Of a DNA stretch of 64,000 nucleotides, positions 1 to 8,138 are shown in pieces. Both the position numbers and the translations under genes were made by a program. A model generated the notes under the pieces. It saw only the letters and a program-made list of their open reading frames with translations, was not told where the DNA came from and did not search any database. The DNA is from a virus. Positions within the stretch are counted from its first letter, which is position 1. Every line of letters begins with the position of its first letter. The DNA lies in IMG/VR virus record IMGVR_UViG_3300042475_001686, positions 53,493 to 117,492 of that record; one strand, 5' to 3'.

Positions 1-245
1 GCATTTGCTCTACCAAAACCTACACCTAAAGGAATTGGACTAAGTATTTCTGTATAAAATATTTGATCATTTTTAGTCATAAACTCATCATCAAGCAAAG
101 AATTTTTTTTGTCAAGTATATTATTAAATACTCCAAAATATATTTCGGATGGATTTTTTGCTGCCGATAATGCACTCTGTATTGTTTGTTTTATAAATTT
201 TTCTTCACATGCAGCAATTGGTATAAATATAGATTTTGTATTCAT
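1..245 (-). CDS. GlcNAc-transferase family (Gnt1/Skp1-GlcNAc transferase-like) glycosyltransferase, N-terminal part; runs off the left edge
   Basis: Manual translation from ATG at 245: MNTKSIFIPIAACEEKFIKQTIQSALSAAKNPSEIYFGVFNN...LGVGFGRANA. Resembles the 'IFISIASYRD...TI.SA...A..P..L.FGV' N-terminus of this family. Not in the ORF track. Confidence 0.6.
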   Translation of the reverse strand, partial: MNTKSIFIPIAACEEKFIKQTIQSALSAAKNPSEIYFGVFNNILDKKNSLLDDEFMTKNDQIFYTEILSPIPLGVGFGRAN

Positions 246-253
246 ATAATTTT

Positions 254-262
254 ATTATAGCA
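254..262 (-). promoter_or_regulatory. Extended -10 promoter TGCTATAAT, 8 nt upstream of ATG 245
   Basis: Plus strand reads attatagca at 254-262. Confidence 0.65.
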
Positions 263-263
263 T

Positions 264-297
264 AAAAAATGGAGATGCTAAATTAATAACACCTCCA
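264..297 (-). terminator. Rho-independent terminator after the holin
   Basis: Minus strand GGAGGTGTTA-loop-TAGCATCTCC hairpin followed by ATTTTTT. Confidence 0.6.
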
Positions 298-321
298 AAT
301 TTTATTTATATTCTATCTAAA

Positions 322-597
322 TTAATTAGACTTCTTTGCTGGTGCTTTCTTTTTTGAAGCAACCTTCTTTTCTAATTTCTTAAGTTCTGTATCAACTACA
401 GTTGCTACCAAACCAAATGTTGGATCCTTCTTGTCGATTGCTCTAATTGCTGGTCCTGCTACTGCAATTAAACCTGCCAACAAAAGACCTTCTACTCCAA
501 GATCTGAACCTGGTGCTGTGTATGCTGCACCAACTGCTACGACATACGATCTAGCATAAGACTTTAGAATATCTTTATGTTTCTTTGTTAGTTTCAT
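322..597 (-). CDS. Putative holin
   Basis: 91 aa, two hydrophobic segments, '...SYARSYVVAV...PAIRAIDKKDPTFG' pattern like actinophage holins, basic C-terminal tail, SD GGAGG. Confidence 0.6.
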   Translation of the reverse strand: MKLTKKHKDILKSYARSYVVAVGAAYTAPGSDLGVEGLLLAGLIAVAGPAIRAIDKKDPTFGLVATVVDTELKKLEKKVASKKKAPAKKSN

Positions 598-606
598 TTT
601 TTCCTC

Positions 607-765
607 CTAGGATATGAATCTACTTATGGCATCGTAACCGAGCCATAAACCAATTATACCAGCAACTCCAGCAAACACTGGTGGGGCTGGAACTGGTAGT
701 TTGAATGCTGCAAAAACCACACCACAGCCAAAGCCTGTAAGTATTGAAAATATAATCTCTTTCAT
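607..765 (-). CDS. XapX/DUF1427-family small membrane protein (52 aa)
   Basis: Manual translation MKEIIFSILTGFGCGVVFAAFKLPVPAPPVFAGVAGIIGLWLGYDAISRFIS; 'LPVPAPP..AG..GI.G...G' signature; ATGA overlap with upstream stop. Confidence 0.8.
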   Translation of the reverse strand: MKEIIFSILTGFGCGVVFAAFKLPVPAPPVFAGVAGIIGLWLGYDAISRFIS

Positions 766-953
766 AATTCATTCTCCTTTATTTTATCTAATGGTGTTGG
801 TAATGTTATTAATGTGCCACATTCCCTACAACTACCGTCTAAAAAATATAGCCCTATTTCGTAGTCTGTGGGGTCAAACTGAACAACTGCATTAAAATAT
901 ACGCAACCACATTCTGGACATTTGCATGTAGGTATACCTCTTGCATTAATCAT
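762..953 (-). CDS. Small zinc-ribbon protein (63 aa)
   Basis: Start reset to ATG 953 (MINARGIPTCKCPECG...CRECG); two CxxC pairs. Confidence 0.7.
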   Translation of the reverse strand: MINARGIPTCKCPECGCVYFNAVVQFDPTDYEIGLYFLDGSCRECGTLITLPTPLDKIKENEL

Positions 954-1329
954 TTGGTACGTCCTTCGGATATATTTCCTGTAATTTGTCAAATGCTTTT
1001 CTAAATCTATGAATAGACAGATCACTTGGATTTTCTAAATCATACTCAATCTCTGCTTTGTACTCTAATAATGCAATATGAACATCTTCAATATATTTAT
1101 ATGCGATATCACGAGTCTCATTTAAAAATGCAAGTAAATGTTCTTTTTCTATAGACTCATTATTATTGTTAAATCTTGCACTAACATATTCTATATCTCT
1201 AATTGACTGATCTATTGCAACAATAAGTTGTGTATTAAGATTTTTTAATCTTATAATCATTACTGATAAAGAAACTACAATTATGAATACTACTAAAAAA
1301 ATAATAAACTCAAGCATTTCGATCCTCAT
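946..1329 (-). CDS. Hypothetical protein with N-terminal membrane anchor
   Basis: N-terminal hydrophobic helix followed by coiled-coil-like region. Confidence 0.6.
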   Translation of the reverse strand: MRIEMLEFIIFLVVFIIVVSLSVMIIRLKNLNTQLIVAIDQSIRDIEYVSARFNNNNESIEKEHLLAFLNETRDIAYKYIEDVHIALLEYKAEIEYDLENPSDLSIHRFRKAFDKLQEIYPKDVPND

Positions 1330-1795
1330 GAGTTACCCAGTAATACTTACATGTAGAGCAGCATGGCTGATTATATAAACTATGCTTGGCATAACTAAAC
1401 TTAGAATAGTACATGGGGTCTTTATCAAATAGACTTGCTTTATGTGTAGTAACTACACGCATTAATTTATTATTGTCAGTCCAGAACGACGGTCTATTAT
1501 TTCCCCACTGATTCCAGCACTGATCTTTAAGTCTATTAAGATTAGCCTCGTTATTTTCTGTTTTGATGCCACGATACTTTGCTTCTATAATCATAGCCTG
1601 TACATATGTCCATAGACCACGCTCATAACCTTTCCACATAAGAACAGCAGGATGATTACGCCAGCCACCAGTAGGAGACTTGCCAGACAGTACGTTAAGT
1701 ATCTGATAACATTCAAGTATCTGTTTATTAAGACGTTTGCTATCAAGCATACGGGCAGCCGTTACTGGGTTAGCAGATGGTAAAAATGTTTGCAT
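1310..1795 (-). CDS. Pyrimidine-dimer DNA glycosylase / T4 endonuclease V-like (MSMEG_6728-like) protein
   Basis: Start reset to ATG 1795: MQTFLP...LDSKRLNKQILE..QIL...GWRNHPAVLMWKGYE...H...L..KDP.YY. Confidence 0.85.
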   Translation of the reverse strand: MQTFLPSANPVTAARMLDSKRLNKQILECYQILNVLSGKSPTGGWRNHPAVLMWKGYERGLWTYVQAMIIEAKYRGIKTENNEANLNRLKDQCWNQWGNNRPSFWTDNNKLMRVVTTHKASLFDKDPMYYSKFSYAKHSLYNQPCCSTCKYYWVTHEDRNA

Positions 1796-1803
1796 TATTC
1801 TCC

Positions 1804-2088
1804 TTATAGCCAATACTTTAGTATAGCAGTTAAAGCAAGAATTGTCCAGAGGATGTTGAACCAAATAATTGTGGGCAATGTCTTGACAGTTGATGACCAG
1901 ATTAATGCTAAACTAGTTATTAAAGCAATTATATAAAGCCACCAAATCTGTGTATTGAATAAAAGCCCTGGAATAATAATTGCTGCCTTGGTCATAAATG
2001 CAAAGAACTCAACAGTATTAGGTTTATTCCAATACTCTTTATGCCCCATAGTTTTTAAAGCGTTTATCCATTCTGTTTTAAAGTTCAT
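1804..2088 (-). CDS. Small multi-pass membrane protein
   Basis: 94 aa, about three hydrophobic helices. Confidence 0.65.
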   Translation of the reverse strand: MNFKTEWINALKTMGHKEYWNKPNTVEFFAFMTKAAIIIPGLLFNTQIWWLYIIALITSLALIWSSTVKTLPTIIWFNILWTILALTAILKYWL

Positions 2089-3629
2089 TTTAGTGAGTCC
2101 AAAAACTTTCTATGATCAGTACACTCTGAAACCTTATAGTTCTGATAATTAACAAAATAGTCATACATCTCTAATCCAGCCTTATAATCTTTTGATAGTT
2201 CTAAGTAATTTTTTGCTATGCTCTTGTTTATTGTATTTTGTTCCGCTCCAATTTGGAACCAACTAGCACTAGCCCATGCTTTCCCTACATCAGACTTTGC
2301 TGGCAATCTATGTTGCCATACATTAATTTTTTCTTTAAGTCTTGCTGGAGCATTTTCATAAGAAAATTTTTCCCAGAACTTAGTATCTTTTCTTAAAGTC
2401 ATATAATGAAAATAAATAAAGTCAGATATGTCATCGTTCATCTCTAACATAGTTTTATTGAATTCATCTCTTCTTGCCTGGGAGTTATCAAAAAGCCATG
2501 CTGGATTATTAAAAATGTTTGTAAGTTCTGTAACACTTACCCAGATAGAAGTTGCTTCCAAAGGCTCAATAAAGTTAGCAGCAAGACCTACTGCGATGCA
2601 GTTATTTATCCATAACTCCTCATAAGATCCAGCACTAAACCTAAATCCACCCTTATCTTTTCTTGGATACTTTGGCTCATATCCTAAAAATTCTTCTATT
2701 TCTTTTACTGCTTCTTCTTCTGATATTAAAGAAGAGTCATATACATACCCGCATCCAAATCTATCCTGTAATGGAATCTTCCATATCCAACCATATTTCA
2801 TTGCTATTGCCTCTGTGTACGGTGGTATATCTTCTGTCATTTCAATAAAAAATGGAACAGCAGAGTCTTCTGGCAAAAAGTCTTTATAACTTTTCCATTT
2901 TGCATTAAAGACTTTTCCTATAATTAATCTATGAAAACCACTACAATCAAAAATAAAATCACAATAAATCTTTTCATTATTTTCTAATGTTAAACTTTCT
3001 ACATTATTATTTTCATCTAAAGATACATTAATAATTGTTCCTTCAATAAGTTTAATTCCACGAATCAGTCCTATTTCTTTTAACTTATTTGCAAGTTTAA
3101 CGGCATTAAAGTGAATTGATATAGCACCTATCTGATTATATTTGTTAATGCCTTCTTTTTCTTGGGAAAATCCAAATGACTGTTTTGTATCTTTAAGAAT
3201 AAAAGGAACCTTATTATTTTCTGAAACTTTTTCCATAAAATTGATTTCTTTAAGACTATCATTTTTTGATAATCCTGCTACCATAAAAGAACTAGTAGAT
3301 AGATATGGTTCAGATGCTGGCTCAAAACCTAAAGACCTATCAGACAAAGCAAATGCATGATAAAAAAATTCATTATCATTATTCCAATTAGTAAATTTAA
3401 TTCCATTTTTGATAGTTGCATCACAGTGTAAAATTAATTCTGATAATGGAATTTCTAAATGATTTAAAAAATCTGTTAAGAATGGTGTAGATCCCTCTCC
3501 AGCACCTAAAATTCCTATATCGTTTGATTCTATAACTGTTACTTCTAAGTCTGGGTATGATCTTTTGGCTTTGAGTGCTGTTAACCAGCCAGCAGTGCCT
3601 CCACCTACTACAACTACCTTTTTAATCAT
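2085..3629 (-). CDS. Tryptophan halogenase family flavoprotein
   Basis: GGGTAGW FAD motif, GAGEGSTP, TIKNGIKF, FDCSGF, GWIWKIPLQDRFGCGYVY, FIEPLEATSI. Confidence 0.9.
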   Translation of the reverse strand: MIKKVVVVGGGTAGWLTALKAKRSYPDLEVTVIESNDIGILGAGEGSTPFLTDFLNHLEIPLSELILHCDATIKNGIKFTNWNNDNEFFYHAFALSDRSLGFEPASEPYLSTSSFMVAGLSKNDSLKEINFMEKVSENNKVPFILKDTKQSFGFSQEKEGINKYNQIGAISIHFNAVKLANKLKEIGLIRGIKLIEGTIINVSLDENNNVESLTLENNEKIYCDFIFDCSGFHRLIIGKVFNAKWKSYKDFLPEDSAVPFFIEMTEDIPPYTEAIAMKYGWIWKIPLQDRFGCGYVYDSSLISEEEAVKEIEEFLGYEPKYPRKDKGGFRFSAGSYEELWINNCIAVGLAANFIEPLEATSIWVSVTELTNIFNNPAWLFDNSQARRDEFNKTMLEMNDDISDFIYFHYMTLRKDTKFWEKFSYENAPARLKEKINVWQHRLPAKSDVGKAWASASWFQIGAEQNTINKSIAKNYLELSKDYKAGLEMYDYFVNYQNYKVSECTDHRKFLDSLK

Positions 3630-3871
3630 TGTTCCTTGCCACCTTCACGAACTAATAAAACTATTGCCCCATTGTCTTCCAAGGCCTTCTTAACCCTTAC
3701 CATATATTCTACAGCACGTCTTTTGTCTTCGTCTGGAAGACGCATAAAAAGATCTTCCTTAGCCTTTACGGTAATAAAATGTTCATTATCTATCAACTCT
3801 AAATGAAATCCTTTAGGAGCAAAATTGTCAAGAGATCTAAAGGCTCTACGCATAACATCTGTATACATCAA
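3626..3871 (-). CDS. Hypothetical protein
   Basis: 81 aa ORF with overlapping start/stop coupling to neighbours. Confidence 0.65.
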   Translation of the reverse strand: MMYTDVMRRAFRSLDNFAPKGFHLELIDNEHFITVKAKEDLFMRLPDEDKRRAVEYMVRVKKALEDNGAIVLLVREGGKEQ

Positions 3872-4167
3872 AGCATTTCCTCTGGTTGCTTTCTAGCAGT
3901 AGTAATAATTGCTTTTGTGCCTTCCCATCTTACACGACCCCTGCAACCGACATTATACTTTGTGTCTCCTTCATATTGTGAAGAAACAGCATAGGCATAC
4001 CCATGCAACTCAAAATCACTGGCCAAAGTTTGATTGCCATTTATAAATATTCTCCACACCATAGGATCTTCTGGACCAGCCTTTGTGTTAAATCTTAAAA
4101 TAATATCATCATAAGGCCTAAGCCATCTATCCTTAACTATGGCCCAAATATAATTTATTTTGTTCAT
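3868..4167 (-). CDS. Hypothetical protein
   Basis: 99 aa ORF with ATGA coupling. Confidence 0.6.
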   Translation of the reverse strand: MNKINYIWAIVKDRWLRPYDDIILRFNTKAGPEDPMVWRIFINGNQTLASDFELHGYAYAVSSQYEGDTKYNVGCRGRVRWEGTKAIITTARKQPEEML

Positions 4168-4925
4168 AACCCCATCTCTTTTCTTTTTTGTGTAGCAGAG
4201 ATAGCCTGAATATCTGCAGGTAATTCAACCTGTTCAATCTTATACCCTACATCACGACCATAAACAATATTAGTAATGTTTGGCAATCTTAGAACCATTG
4301 CCCTATCCATAAATTCATCTTTAGCGATATACTCTTTTACCTGATCAAATTTAAGAGGATCTTTGTCACTTGTATTATATGTATTACGAACACCAAGTAG
4401 TACCTGATTTGTACGCTTACCTGCTTCAACATATAAAGCGTGATGCCCTTCATGCCATGGCTGGTATCTACCAAGCATTAAAGTTGTAGGTGCAGACCAA
4501 TCATGTAATTTAAACTGTTTAATTATCTCAGTTGCTTTTTCATTTGCATTCCATTCATGACTAATAAAGGCCATATCAAAATCTTCAAGCACTTCAAACA
4601 TTTTGTTAGTGTCCTCGTATCTACCTTCTTCGATTGTCTCCATGTATATTAGTATGTCTGGTCTACCGAAGGCAGATCTTGTTTCTTTTGTAGGGCAAAC
4701 AAAATCTACGATAACTGGAGCAACACCCTGTCTGGCAATAAGTCTTGCCATTTCTCCCATACGTCTTGCCTGCTCAACCCTATCCTCATGACTAAACCCA
4801 AGATCAGAGTTTACTGTGGATCTTACCTCATCAGCATTGAGATGAATTGCATTAATACGTTCTTTAAGTGCTTTTGCTAATTCAGTTTTACCAGATCCAG
4901 GCAAACCTATGATTTGTATAATCAT
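4164..4925 (-). CDS. cysC: Adenylyl-sulfate kinase-like P-loop domain fused to HxGH nucleotidyltransferase domain
   Basis: GLPGSGKT, LNADEVR..VNSDLGFSHEDRVEQARR, VDFVCPT; C-terminal LGRYQPWHEGH and ISATQKR. Confidence 0.8.
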   Translation of the reverse strand: MIIQIIGLPGSGKTELAKALKERINAIHLNADEVRSTVNSDLGFSHEDRVEQARRMGEMARLIARQGVAPVIVDFVCPTKETRSAFGRPDILIYMETIEEGRYEDTNKMFEVLEDFDMAFISHEWNANEKATEIIKQFKLHDWSAPTTLMLGRYQPWHEGHHALYVEAGKRTNQVLLGVRNTYNTSDKDPLKFDQVKEYIAKDEFMDRAMVLRLPNITNIVYGRDVGYKIEQVELPADIQAISATQKRKEMGL

Positions 4926-5098
4926 AATATATCTTCCTCTATTTCATCCAGGGATCTACTATCATGATTCTTGCATACTGGCCTAATAGCATAGCCATCA
5001 GCAATAATATTAATAGCAAAACCGTCACAATAATAACACTTAGACATAATATCTTTATTCTTTTGTCTTAAGAAGTCTAAGTATTGTTTGTTGTTCAT
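4922..5098 (-). CDS. Small Cys/His protein (58 aa)
   Basis: Manual translation MNNKQYLDFLRQKNKDIMSKCYYCDGFA...VCKNHDS...; ATGA overlaps at both ends. Confidence 0.65.
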   Translation of the reverse strand: MNNKQYLDFLRQKNKDIMSKCYYCDGFAINIIADGYAIRPVCKNHDSRSLDEIEEDIL

Positions 5099-5388
5099 TT
5101 TTGATCCTCATCAAGCGTTAAATTCTTCCATGTATTACCCCAGTCAGATTCTGTCTTATGGCTGTTAAACTCTTTAGATATGGCTCCAGATTCTAAATAA
5201 ATACCGCCCCATACTCCATACTCTTTGCTTGATACACCTACAGCAAAACAAGTTTTAACAACTGGACATTGCATACATAGCGCATCAATTGCTGGTCTTA
5301 ATAACTCATCCTCTTCATATTTATCAAAGAATAAGTTAGTATCATAATCCAAGCAAGTCGCTGCGTCTTTCCATTTAAGTTTGTGCAT
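5095..5388 (-). CDS. whiB: WhiB-family Fe-S transcription factor
   Basis: W...A.C...DTNLFF...C..CPV...C......EYGVWGG (four Cys plus GVWGG); start reset to ATG 5388. Confidence 0.92.
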   Translation of the reverse strand: MHKLKWKDAATCLDYDTNLFFDKYEEDELLRPAIDALCMQCPVVKTCFAVGVSSKEYGVWGGIYLESGAISKEFNSHKTESDWGNTWKNLTLDEDQK

Positions 5389-5599
5389 ATCCAGGAACAA
5401 ACCTTTCTGGAATATCCCAACCATTTCTATCAGGCTCAAACCTTTTAGTCATATACCAACCGTTTTTAATAAACATCCCATACTTTGATGTTTTAGCCTT
5501 ATCAGACTTATACTTACTGACAACAGTCCAGCCATCCCAAAACAAAGAACTGTTACTTGCTACGATTGATTCCATTTCTTCTAACGATGTTACTTTCAT
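5375..5599 (-). CDS. Hypothetical protein
   Basis: 74 aa ORF with SD AGGAG. Confidence 0.65.
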   Translation of the reverse strand: MKVTSLEEMESIVASNSSLFWDGWTVVSKYKSDKAKTSKYGMFIKNGWYMTKRFEPDRNGWDIPERFVPGYAQT

Positions 5600-5606
5600 T
5601 ATTCTC

Positions 5607-5960
5607 CTAGTATTGAAAGATTCCTACTTCGACATTATTTAATTGTGCTTGTGCAACTAACTTTGATGCGCTTTCATTTGGTTTTGATAAATATACAAAA
5701 TAATTAATATCTAATATATTTTCTGATAACCAAGATGGAGCAACCTTAAACATCTTAATTTTCTTGCCACGAGACTTCATGCCCTTCTCAGAAACATTTA
5801 CAAATTCCATAACCATTTTATTAATGTTTGCTGGACCAGCAGTGTATATATAGAAGTACTCGTCTTCGGCAGGCATGCTTGATAGAGCAACGCCCATGGC
5901 ACGAAGAAAAACTTGGTAGTCACTAAAACTACTAGTTCCCTGCACCCCAACGATCATCAA
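5607..5960 (-). CDS. SLOG/YspA-like Rossmannoid protein
   Basis: IVGVQGTSSFSDYQVF resembles 'IIAGSR.F.DY'; C-terminal 'A....vEV'. Confidence 0.5.
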   Translation of the reverse strand: MMIVGVQGTSSFSDYQVFLRAMGVALSSMPAEDEYFYIYTAGPANINKMVMEFVNVSEKGMKSRGKKIKMFKVAPSWLSENILDINYFVYLSKPNESASKLVAQAQLNNVEVGIFQY

Positions 5961-6354
5961 AAGCCTCTTCTCTTAATCTATCTATGATGAATATCATCTT
6001 ATCTAATTGTACCTTATTCATAGTCATTGTGTCAACTACTCTGGTAGTTTCCTTATCAACATTTCCATGGCTCATATCGGCCATATAAAAGGTATTGTCT
6101 TTAATCCAATATGCCTGGTCATCCATTATAATAACCTTAATATTAATATTTTTATCATGTCTATTAGATTGGCTATCTCTTTTTTTAGTTTTAACCAAAT
6201 TAAAACTTTGTGCTGCACCAACCATAGTATGCCTTGTGCTTTGAGAAGATCTGGCAAGTTTTATATTTTCTTTTAGCACATCATACCGATATTGAATTTG
6301 TATAAATAAAAATACAAAAACGAAGGCAGATAAAAATCCTATAATATATTCCAT
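5932..6354 (-). CDS. Hypothetical membrane-anchored protein
   Basis: N-terminal TM helix; TATAAT at 6370-6375 upstream. Confidence 0.65.
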   Translation of the reverse strand: MEYIIGFLSAFVFVFLFIQIQYRYDVLKENIKLARSSQSTRHTMVGAAQSFNLVKTKKRDSQSNRHDKNINIKVIIMDDQAYWIKDNTFYMADMSHGNVDKETTRVVDTMTMNKVQLDKMIFIIDRLREEAFDDRWGAGN

Positions 6355-6375
6355 AGAATCACCAGGATAATTATA

Positions 6376-6690
6376 CTACTCTCTTATAAGGTTTCTTTTA
6401 ATCTCCTGAAGAGTATATTTTTCGTCTTCATCTAGTTTAGACAGAAATACTGGATGAAATGCTTTTTTGGTTAGCCTAACTATTGGATTCTCGGATGTAA
6501 TATCCATGTCAATCATATCCAACTCCCATAGCCTTGTAACATGTGAATTAAACATATTATTTACTTCTCTGTGAAGAGTTGGGCTAACATCCTTAAGTTT
6601 GTCAGTAAAACTATATAGCATTTCTCCTGTTTCAGGATCAATTCCTGCTACCTCTACGGCACCGCTTAAAATTAAATCTTCTATCTCCAT
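6376..6690 (-). CDS. Hypothetical protein, paralog of 6692-6916
   Basis: IEDLILSGAVEVAGIDPETGEMLYSFTDKLKDVSP. Confidence 0.7.
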   Translation of the reverse strand: MEIEDLILSGAVEVAGIDPETGEMLYSFTDKLKDVSPTLHREVNNMFNSHVTRLWELDMIDMDITSENPIVRLTKKAFHPVFLSKLDEDEKYTLQEIKRNLIRE

Positions 6691-6691
6691 G

Positions 6692-6916
6692 TTAATTCCT
6701 TATTCTCCAAGTCATTGACTTTGGTCCTATTTTATTAAGAACAAACAGATGATGCTTAAATTGATCTTCTAAGTCCTGATAAAGTTCAGGGTAAATTTCT
6801 TTAAGTTTATCTGTTATATTATAGTAAGTTTCACCAGTTTCGAGATTTATATCTGCTATCTCAATACCGCCCTGTAAAACTAAATGCTCTATTAAAGCAT
6901 CAGTCTTAGCGTCCAT
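6692..6916 (-). CDS. Hypothetical protein, paralog of 6376-6690
   Basis: IEHLVLQGGIEIADINLETGETYYNITDKLKEIYP. Confidence 0.7.
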   Translation of the reverse strand: MDAKTDALIEHLVLQGGIEIADINLETGETYYNITDKLKEIYPELYQDLEDQFKHHLFVLNKIGPKSMTWRIRN

Positions 6917-7333
6917 TTATTTTGCTTTCTTTTTTGCGATTTCCCTTTGCTGGGCAAGAGCAGCAAAATCTTTTACCTTGGTATCTCCAAGATAGCCCCA
7001 AGCATAACCATCTTCAATCATACGGTCATTAATAGAAATCGTATCACCGTCAACATATAGCCAGCCTAAAATGCGACCATATTTTTCAGAAGAGTCTGGC
7101 TTTTCTGTTTTTATAACTACAAGTTTGGCATCTTTTAGTTTAGACTTTAAGTATTCTTTTGCTTCAATCCCAAGACTTTTTTCAAACTTATCCGTGGTCC
7201 GTGATTCTGGAGTGTCAATACCAGCAAGGCGTACTCGTTGGGAGAAGGAAACATTGAAACCAAGATCAATGTCCACGTCAATAGTGTCTCCATCTACTAC
7301 CCCCGTTACCTTTTTTACTCTATACTCGTACAT
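6917..7333 (-). CDS. Thermonuclease (staphylococcal nuclease-like)
   Basis: VVDGDTIDV, RVRLAGIDTPES, KYGRILG, N..MIEDGYA. Confidence 0.92.
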   Translation of the reverse strand: MYEYRVKKVTGVVDGDTIDVDIDLGFNVSFSQRVRLAGIDTPESRTTDKFEKSLGIEAKEYLKSKLKDAKLVVIKTEKPDSSEKYGRILGWLYVDGDTISINDRMIEDGYAWGYLGDTKVKDFAALAQQREIAKKKAK

Positions 7334-7581
7334 TAGTTTTCGCTCCCTACTAATCGGTTCTCCACAAGTCGTTCTCTTTCATCAATAACTTCTAATGCAA
7401 ACTTCATCATATTATCATACCCAATTGCATTATCCATTGCCTTATTGTAGTGATGACCACAAAACAAAAGAGAAGATCCTGACTTACCAATTACCTTCAC
7501 ATATGCTTGGGCAGAGCAACGATCACAACGATCTGTTGCGTCTAGAAGCCATACCTTTTCTTCTGGTTTGTTCTTCAACAT
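7333..7581 (-). CDS. Actinobacterial-type small Cys/His protein
   Basis: DRCDRCSAQAYV...LLFCGHH...IDER; start uncertain (ATG 7581 or 7590). Confidence 0.7.
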   Translation of the reverse strand: MLKNKPEEKVWLLDATDRCDRCSAQAYVKVIGKSGSSLLFCGHHYNKAMDNAIGYDNMMKFALEVIDERERLVENRLVGSEN

Positions 7582-7591
7582 ACTAAACATA

Positions 7592-7777
7592 TTATACCCT
7601 TCTATTATCAGTTGTATAGAATCCAGAGCCATTGAATGTGACTCCTACATTAGAGTATACACGAACTAAAGGCTTATTGCAAGTATCGCAGTCATACCCT
7701 GGATCATTATCAGACATTGATCTAATCTTTGTATATCTTATGGCACAAGACATACAGTCATATTCATATGATGGCAC
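7592..7777 (-). CDS. FmdB-family zinc-ribbon protein
   Basis: GTG start at 7777: MPSYEYDCMSC...CDTC...RVYSNVGVTFNGSGFYTTD. Confidence 0.88.
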   Translation of the reverse strand: MPSYEYDCMSCAIRYTKIRSMSDNDPGYDCDTCNKPLVRVYSNVGVTFNGSGFYTTDNRRV

Positions 7778-7878
7778 TACTTTTTCTTTCGCAACTGCCA
7801 AACAGGTATCCCACGAGGGGCGGTACTAAGTTCATAGCCAAGGACTTTCGCTACAAATCTTATAATTTTTATACGCAT
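7777..7878 (-). CDS. Small basic peptide (33 aa)
   Basis: Manual translation MRIKIIRFVAKVLGYELSTAPRGIPVWQLRKKK; fills the gap exactly with 1-nt overlaps at both ends. Confidence 0.55.
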   Translation of the reverse strand: MRIKIIRFVAKVLGYELSTAPRGIPVWQLRKKK

Positions 7879-8096
7879 TATTTTACCTTCCTTCCAAACC
7901 TAGCCCATACTCTTTCATGCAAATAAAAAAATGTCATCTCTAATGAAAGATACATAAGTCCATATAGACCAACATACTCCCACTCTGCTTCTCCAGTAAA
8001 ATATTTTAATACAAAGTAGATTATGCCAGCAACAAATGTAAAATGTACAAATGGCCAACTAATAGTTTTTAATAAACTTTTCTTTTTTGACTCCAT
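7878..8096 (-). CDS. DUF2061-like membrane protein
   Basis: MES.KKSLLKTISW...FFYLHERVW signature. Confidence 0.8.
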   Translation of the reverse strand: MESKKKSLLKTISWPFVHFTFVAGIIYFVLKYFTGEAEWEYVGLYGLMYLSLEMTFFYLHERVWARFGRKVK

Positions 8097-8138
8097 GGTA
8101 TTTCTCCTTTATCTTATTATATCATCTTTGAAATTAGA

